64,000 nt of DNA. Source: a virus. The position numbers and the translations under genes are program-made. The notes under the pieces are model-generated. The model worked only from the letters and a program-made list of their open reading frames with translations. It did not search any database and was not told where the DNA came from. The DNA lies in the IMG/VR virus record IMGVR_UViG_3300045999_007288, positions 10,049 to 74,048 of that record; one strand, 5' to 3'. Position 1 is the stretch's first letter. Every line of letters starts with the position of its first letter. This document shows, in pieces, positions 57,587-64,000 of the stretch.

Positions 57587-57936
57587 CTTTACAACAAATT
57601 TTTATAGCTACCACAGTTTGGGCTATTCTCACAGCCATAGTGTATACACATTCAAATTGGAGCAAGATTAAACATTGCTATAAAATGTGGTTTACAAAAG
57701 AATATTGGACTGATTATAATATTGTAGAATTCGCTAGTTGGTCCGCAAAAGCTATTATTATTGTACCTGGTTTAATTTTTGGAATACAAATTTGGTGGTT
57801 ATATTTTTTAACTTTATTCACCAGCTTGACACTTATTTGGGCCAGCAATAAAAAACTTCTTCCTACATTAATAGGATTTAATACCATATGGGTATGGATT
57901 AGTTGCATGGTATTGGCAAAGCATTTAATAACTTAA
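57583..57936 (+). CDS. Small integral membrane protein (about 4 TM)
   Basis: Hydrophobic, Trp-rich helices. ATGA-coupled to the upstream gene. Confidence 0.75.
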   Translation: MTLQQIFIATTVWAILTAIVYTHSNWSKIKHCYKMWFTKEYWTDYNIVEFASWSAKAIIIVPGLIFGIQIWWLYFLTLFTSLTLIWASNKKLLPTLIGFNTIWVWISCMVLAKHLIT

Positions 57937-57950
57937 AACAATTTCTACTC

Positions 57951-59066
57951 GTGTTCCGCTTTAATTCAATATACGAATATCAACTTGAAGTTACAACGTA
58001 TTGTAATGCAGCTTGTCCCCAATGCCCTAGAAATATTCAAGGATCTGGAATAAATCCTTACATGCCATTAGTACATTTAGATCGACGTATAGTGGATTCG
58101 ACATTTAGTACTGATCACTGCAAAAATCTTCGTCAGATATTTTTCTGTGGCAGTTACGGCGATCCTATTATGCATCCCGACTTTTTAAGTATACTACAAG
58201 ATTTTAGAAATAAGAACCCAACCTTATGGTTATACATTCACACCAACGGTGGTGTACATGACGAAAGTTATTGGTGTGAAATAGCTAACATAATGTCGGG
58301 ATATGGTCAAATTGATTTTGGTTTTGATGGACTTGAAGATACGTTACCGATATACAGACGTAATGTAAAATATGAAATAGCTATGCGTAATGCCAGAGCT
58401 TTCATAAACGCGGGTGGTAGAGCACAATGGAATTATATTGTGTATAAACACAACGAGCATCAAGTTGAAGAAGCTAGAATATTAAGTCAAAAGTATAAAT
58501 TTTATAATTTTTTACCTAGAAAAACTGGCAGATTTTATGATCACAAAAATGAAACTAGCTATCCAAATTGGCCTGTATTGAATAAAAATAGAGAAACAGA
58601 ATATGTGTTAGAAGCCCCTGTTGGGCAAGAATGGCAAAACCCTAGCGTACAAAAAATACAAATTTTAAAAAAAATGCATGGGAGCTTTCACGATTACTTA
58701 AAACAAACAACTATCAAATGCGATGCTCTATTAGGAAACAAAGTTGTCATTACTGCTGAAGGCCTAGTGTTGCCATGCAATTTCTTTGAACATAATTTAT
58801 ATGATGCAAGATTTCATGCAGACAATTATATGCCTGGCGTAAATGATGCAAGTTTTATAAACGGTAAAAATCAAATTATGGAATTTATTAATCATTATAA
58901 AAACGAAATCGACATAAAGCAGAAAAATCTATGTGATATTTTTAAATCTCAATTTTGGACAGAGTTAGTCAATCGATGGTCAGGAAAAGATAAAATTATG
59001 GAATGTGCAATGACTTGCGGAGAAAAATTTACAAAGGTGTGGGATCAAGGAGGATCTATTAGATGA
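57951..59066 (+). CDS. Radical SAM protein with C-terminal SPASM/twitch domain
   Basis: CNAACPQC, CGSYGDP, HTNGG, C-terminal C..VITAEG.V.PC..CAMTC. GTG start at 57951 preferred over 57903. Confidence 0.88.
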   Translation: MFRFNSIYEYQLEVTTYCNAACPQCPRNIQGSGINPYMPLVHLDRRIVDSTFSTDHCKNLRQIFFCGSYGDPIMHPDFLSILQDFRNKNPTLWLYIHTNGGVHDESYWCEIANIMSGYGQIDFGFDGLEDTLPIYRRNVKYEIAMRNARAFINAGGRAQWNYIVYKHNEHQVEEARILSQKYKFYNFLPRKTGRFYDHKNETSYPNWPVLNKNRETEYVLEAPVGQEWQNPSVQKIQILKKMHGSFHDYLKQTTIKCDALLGNKVVITAEGLVLPCNFFEHNLYDARFHADNYMPGVNDASFINGKNQIMEFINHYKNEIDIKQKNLCDIFKSQFWTELVNRWSGKDKIMECAMTCGEKFTKVWDQGGSIR

Positions 59067-59647
59067 AAGTTTTAATTACAGGTGGTAATAGAGGGCTTGG
59101 ATTAGAGCTAGTTAAAAACTTAAATGGAACTAGCATCAGTAGAGCAGATGGCATAGATATCACTCGAGATCATAAACAAATTGCCGAAATCAGCGTGAAT
59201 TATGATGTTTTTATCAATAATGCGTTTGACGGTCCTCCCCAGGAAGCATGGGCTAATTTTGCACAAACTAACTTGTATATGGCTGTATACGATGCGTGGA
59301 AAACTGCAAATAAGCAGGGTTGGATTATCAATATTGGTAGTTCAGGATCCAAGTCTATAATTGCACCTGAACCCAGATTCGAAACATATCGTATTAGCAA
59401 GGCTGCACTAGAACACGCTAGCAAGCAAGGCACACAAGCATTTAAACAAAACAAAGTACCTTTTAAAACAACATTAATCACTTTAGATAGATTAGACACT
59501 GAATTAAGCAGAAGTCGTTCAAACTGGACAGGTAACGGCATTGATTTGACTGATGTGTATAATTTTATCGACTATGGCTCAAACATAAATCCAAACACCT
59601 GCATAGAAGAAATAACATTTTATTGTAACTTAGACTATCTGGCATAA
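59063..59647 (+). CDS. Short-chain dehydrogenase/reductase
   Basis: TGGNRGLG, FINNA, IINIGS, YRISK (YxxxK). Confidence 0.88.
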   Translation: MKVLITGGNRGLGLELVKNLNGTSISRADGIDITRDHKQIAEISVNYDVFINNAFDGPPQEAWANFAQTNLYMAVYDAWKTANKQGWIINIGSSGSKSIIAPEPRFETYRISKAALEHASKQGTQAFKQNKVPFKTTLITLDRLDTELSRSRSNWTGNGIDLTDVYNFIDYGSNINPNTCIEEITFYCNLDYLA

Positions 59648-59684
59648 ATTAAAGTACACATCATGGAAATCGTACAAATACAAT

Positions 59685-60119
59685 ATGACTTGGTTATTCG
59701 AAGGCTCTGAGGTTGAGAATTTACCCGACAGTTGTGTTGGATTTGTATATCTTATCACAAACAAATCAACAAACAAAAAATACATTGGCAAAAAACTGGC
59801 AAAATTTAGTAAAACTACGCAACGAACAGTAAAATTAAAAAACGGTACAAAAAAGAAAAAGAAAATTCGCTCAAAAGTCGATTCGGACTGGAGAGATTAT
59901 TATGGATCAAGTCCTGAATTAAAAAGGGACGTAGAAACACTGGGCTTAGAAAATTTTACTAGAGAAATTCTTTATTATTGTGAATCAAAAGCAATTTGTA
60001 GTTATATTGAAGCAAGAGAACAATTTACCAGGCGTGTATTAGAATCAGATGAATATTACAACGGCATAATCGACTGCCGTATCCATGGCTCCCATATAAA
60101 AAATAAGTTAAGCATTTAA
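59685..60119 (+). CDS. Stand-alone GIY-YIG endonuclease (T4 EndoII/Seg-like catalytic domain)
   Basis: GFVYLITN....KKYIGKK, YYGSS, FTREIL, E, YYN. Only 144 aa. Confidence 0.85.
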   Translation: MTWLFEGSEVENLPDSCVGFVYLITNKSTNKKYIGKKLAKFSKTTQRTVKLKNGTKKKKKIRSKVDSDWRDYYGSSPELKRDVETLGLENFTREILYYCESKAICSYIEAREQFTRRVLESDEYYNGIIDCRIHGSHIKNKLSI

Positions 60120-60121
60120 GA

Positions 60122-60547
60122 CTGGCACAGGTCAATATCATGTGCCCTAGACCTGGATCTCGGATCGCAGGGATGGAAGACTCACCGTGCTAGTGAGCAC
60201 TCAACCACTACCCGAAAGGATGAGGATTGCCAATGCCGCAATTTGGTTGTTTGAAAAGGATTAATAGGCTAAAAAGACGTAGCAGCGATGCTACACGGTT
60301 TATATGTATGTTAGCGTATAGATATAAACTTGCCGTTGTGATAAGAACTGAGCTCGAGGTACCGGACAACCGCCTCTGTAACTGCTTTAACGCTAATGAC
60401 TGTGCTACTCGGATGAAGCATTATCATTTTTGCCCTGTGCGGGCAAAGTGTGACTGATTAATCTGGATGAAACTTATATCGCTTCGCTCTTTAATTAAAA
60501 TATATCACTGAGCGACAGCGAAAGTGATAGATGTGCTACGCACATCT
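60122..60547 (+). ncRNA. Putative structured non-coding RNA (unidentified family)
   Basis: GC-richer than its surroundings, with at least 10 stems. Examples: GTAGCA-GCGA-TGCTAC (60279-60294), CC-GAAA-GG (60212-60219) inside CAACCA/TGGTTG, GTTTATAT/ATATAAAC, TTTGCCC/GGGCAAA, AGATGTGC/GCACATCT. The GNRA loops read on +. Confidence 0.6.
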
Positions 60548-60765
60548 TAAAAGAATGGTAATCCTGTTTCCTTTGTGGTATTGATGTTCTCTTCAATAAT
60601 ACCATTGATTATCTCTCGATCTTGGACACTAATCTCCATTGCTTCACTATAAGTGAGACCACCTCTCATATACCAACATATTTTTAATATATTCTTTCTT
60701 AAGGCTTTTGAGTATTTGTCGAAGTCATTGATCATTTCGACAATTGATTCATTGTCTAAACTCAA
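60547..60765 (-). CDS. gp51-like / tail-assembly-chaperone 'T' segment, probably made by -1 frameshift from the upstream ORF
   Basis: Weak TTG start. The frame opens exactly at a T TTT TTC site. W.MRGG..YSE.M..S..DRE.I resembles chaperone C-terminal segments. Confidence 0.65.
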   Translation of the reverse strand: MSLDNESIVEMINDFDKYSKALRKNILKICWYMRGGLTYSEAMEISVQDREIINGIIEENINTTKETGLPFF

Positions 60766-60770
60766 AAGCC

Positions 60771-61613
60771 TTATCCGAAAAAACTAGCTTGCTCGAATAC
60801 CAATGGTGTTTCGTAAGATTTTTCACAGTCTTCATGCGAACAAATAAGGGGTATTTTTTTAAGGGGGCTTTGACTGCCAATAAGTTCCAATTTGTTTTTA
60901 ACAGTGTCCCAGACTGGCTTATTACAATTTTGAAAAAACTCATGAATTTGTTCAGGATTCTCTACTAGAACACCGTCTTCGATTTTGATAGCAGCCACAC
61001 TTTTGCTTATTTGTTCCACAGTTAAATTTAATAATCTACTAAACACTGTATTAAATTGAGTTAATTTTTCTTCTTCGCTGAGAGACTCATTGGCGACTAC
61101 GGCCATTAGTCTCTGTTGTTCATAGTTTTCTAAACTAGCTTTATTAAATTGATGGTAACTTTGGGGTTTAATGTAAATTTCAAGCCCTTCTACTTTTAAT
61201 GTTTCATCAAAATTTGGACAAGTAATTTGCGCCGATAACGCCCCTAAGTCAACTGTATTTTCATTTTTTCTTTGACAGTGTGGGCACACACTAAAAAAAT
61301 CCATACCTGGCCCGTAAGTTGCTTGTCTGATTGCAATTAATACAGCATCTAGATCTATGGATGGCATTTTCCAAGCGTCTTTAATTGATGGAACACAACT
61401 TTGTATAACTTCTACGGTGCTTTGTCCGTTTAATAAAGCATCGGGAGTTTGTAAAATTAATTCATCTTTAGCTGTCATTGGATATACTGGTAATTCTCCG
61501 GTAACTGGCATATCAATACTGCCTTGTGGATACCATTTCCCTTGACTGGGTAATTTTAAGTATAATTGAGGTTGCCTAAAATGTTTTGCTAGAGGATTCG
61601 TGCTGTTAACCAT
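60771..61613 (-). CDS. gp26: Baseplate hub assembly protein / tail chaperone, T4 gp26-like
   Basis: Y.KLPS.G, PMTAKDEL, D.D..L.AIR..TYG, CPHC, C..EDC, ends in FFG. Confidence 0.75.
   Translation of the reverse strand: MVNSTNPLAKHFRQPQLYLKLPSQGKWYPQGSIDMPVTGELPVYPMTAKDELILQTPDALLNGQSTVEVIQSCVPSIKDAWKMPSIDLDAVLIAIRQATYGPGMDFFSVCPHCQRKNENTVDLGALSAQITCPNFDETLKVEGLEIYIKPQSYHQFNKASLENYEQQRLMAVVANESLSEEEKLTQFNTVFSRLLNLTVEQISKSVAAIKIEDGVLVENPEQIHEFFQNCNKPVWDTVKNKLELIGSQSPLKKIPLICSHEDCEKSYETPLVFEQASFFG
60777..60783 (-). other. Candidate -1 programmed ribosomal frameshift site (U UUU UUC)
   Basis: Reads ...AGT TTT TTC GGA TAA. The -1 frame reads TAG TTT TTT CGG ATA AGG CTT TTG AGT TTA GAC, in frame with 60765..60547. 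Confidence 0.65.
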
Positions 61614-61623
61614 ATTTTATTCC

Positions 61624-61631
61624 AATAAATA
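61624..61631 (+). promoter_or_regulatory. Late-promoter-like AATAAATA for the tape-measure gene
   Basis: TAAATA core in the divergent intergenic gap. Confidence 0.5.
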
Positions 61632-61670
61632 TAGTATACTTATCTGGGTAAATTTGCGAAAAAATAGATT

Positions 61671-63764
61671 ATGGATCCCCAAACACAACAATTACTGCAA
61701 CAACTTGGCTTAACAGCAAACAATGCATCTGGTGCAATGCAGCAGTTAATCTCTGCATTGAGTAAAACTACATCAGCTAGTAACAATCAAACTAATGCAG
61801 CAACGTTGACTGCACAATCTTTGCAACAATTGCAGGGTAGTTCTGGTAGACTTGCAACTGCTTTTGGCAGTACCTTAAGTATAGGTACTAGTTTAATAGG
61901 AAGTTTGACATCAATAACATCCACAGTTTATGGTGCAGATAAAGCATTTACCAGTGTGATTCCCACATTGGATGCTCTATCTTCCATATTCAAAAAAACA
62001 GTGACCGCAGCAGGCCAGCTGGCCAGTGGTACTTCATTTTTGGGAACAAGTTTTGGCAGAGCCAGTGAAGCAATAGCGTCCGGTGCTACTGCGGTAATGG
62101 ATATTATTACTGATCAGCTAAAATTTCAATTACAAAGTGCTCAACAGGTTGCTGATTCGTTTTTAGAAGTAGCTAAAGCAGGAGCAACTTTTGGAGGTAG
62201 TATACAAGCTTTTGCAAGTGCAGCAGCTAGGGCACATATGCCTTTGCAAGAATTTGGTAGATTTATAGTACAAAATAACGAAACATTAAGTAAACTAGGA
62301 AAATCAATTACCAAAGCAGCTGTCGATGCAATCAGCTTTGGTAGAGCACTTTATAAAGACAACGATGTTTTAGTTGCATTATATAAAAATATCGAAGGAT
62401 TAAGTCAAGGTGCAGCAGAATACTTGGCTTTACAAAATCAATTGGGAGCCGGAGCTAAATTGGATGAACAAGGCTTAATTCGTCAGCGGAAATCTGTTGA
62501 AGAATATTTAATACGACAAAAAGAGTTGTCTGCAATCACAGGAAAAAATACAGATACACTACGCCGGGAAGAAGAAGGCCGTCGTAAACAGTTAGATTAT
62601 AATTTGAAATTAGGCAGACTGGGCGATGAAGCTAGAAAAAATGTGCAAGAAGGTATGGCCATTGCTGGCAAAGTATTTGGTGATTCAGGCGCAAAATATG
62701 CAGAAGAATACTTTGCTACAGGTGGCAAAGTATTCAGTGCTGAAGCCATTGCTTATGCATCTACTAATCAAGAAGCAGCTGATGCTATTTCAAATTTAAT
62801 GTCAACAGTGAATAGCAGCAGAGAACAATATCGTAAAGGATATGGGCAATACTTTGCAGCCAATGCTGATACACTTGAAGCAGCAGCAAGGTCCAATGAG
62901 GATTTGGCTGAAATTTCGAGAGCAGCAGCCAATCCTATAATAAGAGGTATGGCTGAAACTGGAGCAGCTATTATGCAATCTGGTACATTAATTAGAAACA
63001 TGACTGCAATGTTACAAGAAATAGAAGAGGAAGGAAAAAGATTGAGATCTGGTAAACCAGGTGATGCTGCTACGCAGGCATTTGTTGACGCAGAAAGAGA
63101 ACGTGCAAAAGTTCAAATTAAAATTGACGAAACAGTTTTGGATAATATGAAAAAGATAGGCAGTGTTACTGATTTCTTAAACAGACAAACTATGGCTTAT
63201 GTAGAGGCTCAAAAAGATGTAGGTATAATTATTCAAAAATTAAAGCAAGCACTAGAAGTAGGCTCGCAGGTACGCTACGAAGACTTCGTAGAATGGGGAA
63301 AATCTTTAATTAATGCAATCACCGGCAAATTAGGTGTTGGTCCACCCCCGGCCCCAGTAGTGCCAGAATCTGGTGGTGGTGCGCCGGTTCAGCCTGGTAA
63401 TCTAGGCACTCGGGGGGCATCATTGCCTGGTGGCCCGACTCTGGCACAAGCTGCACCCAGTGACTTAAATGCAAAAATAGCAGAAGAATATCTAGCTACC
63501 GGTGGCAGGGCATTCAGTGTTGAAGCAATAGCTGCGCTAGCCGATCTACGTAGAACTAATCAGGCAATTGGTAACAATAACACAGAAATAGCAGCTCAAT
63601 TTGAAAGATTACAAACACAAATTGCATCGTTGACTAATGCAAATGATAAGACTGATCAATTTGTGGCAGCATTGAATAATCAAAATAACTTAATGGAAAC
63701 ATTAAATGACAAAATGGGTGATATGATAGATTCTAATAGAAACATATTCAATGCATTGGCTTAA
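61671..63764 (+). CDS. Tape-measure-like protein
   Basis: Long Ala/Gln/Ser-rich helical protein next to a chaperone pair and the portal. Confidence 0.65.
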   Translation: MDPQTQQLLQQLGLTANNASGAMQQLISALSKTTSASNNQTNAATLTAQSLQQLQGSSGRLATAFGSTLSIGTSLIGSLTSITSTVYGADKAFTSVIPTLDALSSIFKKTVTAAGQLASGTSFLGTSFGRASEAIASGATAVMDIITDQLKFQLQSAQQVADSFLEVAKAGATFGGSIQAFASAAARAHMPLQEFGRFIVQNNETLSKLGKSITKAAVDAISFGRALYKDNDVLVALYKNIEGLSQGAAEYLALQNQLGAGAKLDEQGLIRQRKSVEEYLIRQKELSAITGKNTDTLRREEEGRRKQLDYNLKLGRLGDEARKNVQEGMAIAGKVFGDSGAKYAEEYFATGGKVFSAEAIAYASTNQEAADAISNLMSTVNSSREQYRKGYGQYFAANADTLEAAARSNEDLAEISRAAANPIIRGMAETGAAIMQSGTLIRNMTAMLQEIEEEGKRLRSGKPGDAATQAFVDAERERAKVQIKIDETVLDNMKKIGSVTDFLNRQTMAYVEAQKDVGIIIQKLKQALEVGSQVRYEDFVEWGKSLINAITGKLGVGPPPAPVVPESGGGAPVQPGNLGTRGASLPGGPTLAQAAPSDLNAKIAEEYLATGGRAFSVEAIAALADLRRTNQAIGNNNTEIAAQFERLQTQIASLTNANDKTDQFVAALNNQNNLMETLNDKMGDMIDSNRNIFNALA
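62691..63533 (+). repeat. Diverged 63-nt direct repeat inside the tape-measure gene (62691-62753 and 63471-63533)
   Basis: AKYAEEYFATGGKVFSAEAIA vs AKIAEEYLATGGRAFSVEAIA, 780 nt apart. Confidence 0.85.
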
Positions 63765-63799
63765 TTTTTAGGTAAATATCTGACTGGAGAAAAGTTTTA

Positions 63800-64000
63800 A
63801 TGTCTTGGAAAAAGTATTTTAGAGTAGCAAATATAGCTGGAGCAGTAAGTCCTATTAATGGCTCTCAGGCTCAAAATATGACCTACAGAAATTATCAAAG
63901 TAACTTGCCTGAAGTTTATATAGGTCATCCCAATAGAATTGAACGTTATAACCAGTACGAACAAATGGACATGGACAGTGAAGTTAATGCTGCACTGGAT
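63800..64000 (+). CDS. gp20: Portal protein, T4 gp20-like (5' part, runs off window)
   Basis: Hand translation MSWKKYF...RIERYNQYEQMDMDSEVNAALD matches the gp20 Y..M...EV..A.D motif. GGAGA RBS and GTAAATA (63772-63778) lie upstream. Confidence 0.8.
   Translation, partial: MSWKKYFRVANIAGAVSPINGSQAQNMTYRNYQSNLPEVYIGHPNRIERYNQYEQMDMDSEVNAALD

Noticed and set aside
60227-60457. 76-aa ORF in the track
   Set aside because: Non-ATG start, atypical composition, and it lies across dense stem-loops. Better explained as non-coding structure.
60120-60547. Group I intron or hammerhead ribozyme associated with the GIY-YIG gene
   Set aside because: No interrupted host gene flanks it, I could not find a P7 pairing (GACU/AGUC), and there is no intact CUGANGA core. 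A divergent ribozyme is not excluded without a covariance search.
1-64000. CRISPR array, tRNA/rRNA genes, transposase or integrase
   Set aside because: No regularly spaced repeats, cloverleaf-like segments or recombinase motifs were seen. Intergenic space is minimal apart from 60120-60547.

Overview
AT-rich, densely coding 64 kb segment of a large T4-like (myovirus-type) bacteriophage. Left to right it holds five blocks. (1) Nucleotide and sugar-nucleotide genes on +: DHFR, thymidylate synthase, NDP-sugar epimerase/dehydratase and DegT aminotransferase. (2) An ~18.5 kb, mostly translationally coupled minus-strand 'modification' cluster lying directly downstream of the tail-fibre genes. It encodes six N-terminal-twitch radical SAM enzymes, five glycosyltransferase-like proteins, a NodU/CmcH carbamoyltransferase with an unannotated 33-aa PFIY peptide, an APS-kinase/HxGH-nucleotidyltransferase fusion, a sulfotransferase-like protein and dCMP deaminase. 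A candidate virion-packaged ADP-ribosyltransferase follows it. (3) A tail/baseplate module: fibres, a 4673-aa wedge protein, and gp6-, gp25-, gp5-, gp27-, gp53- and gp48/54-like genes. (4) gp55 late sigma factor, gp47/gp46 nuclease, and a second enzyme island (B12 radical SAM, SPASM radical SAM, SDR, membrane protein). (5) A stand-alone GIY-YIG nuclease followed by a ~430-nt stem-rich non-coding element, a gp26/gp51-like pair joined by an apparent -1 frameshift site, a tape-measure-like gene and the start of the portal gene. The best candidates for undescribed systems are the radical-SAM/glycosyl/carbamoyl/sulfo tailoring cluster and the GIY-YIG plus structured RNA unit. All family assignments come from motif recognition by eye; no searches were run.
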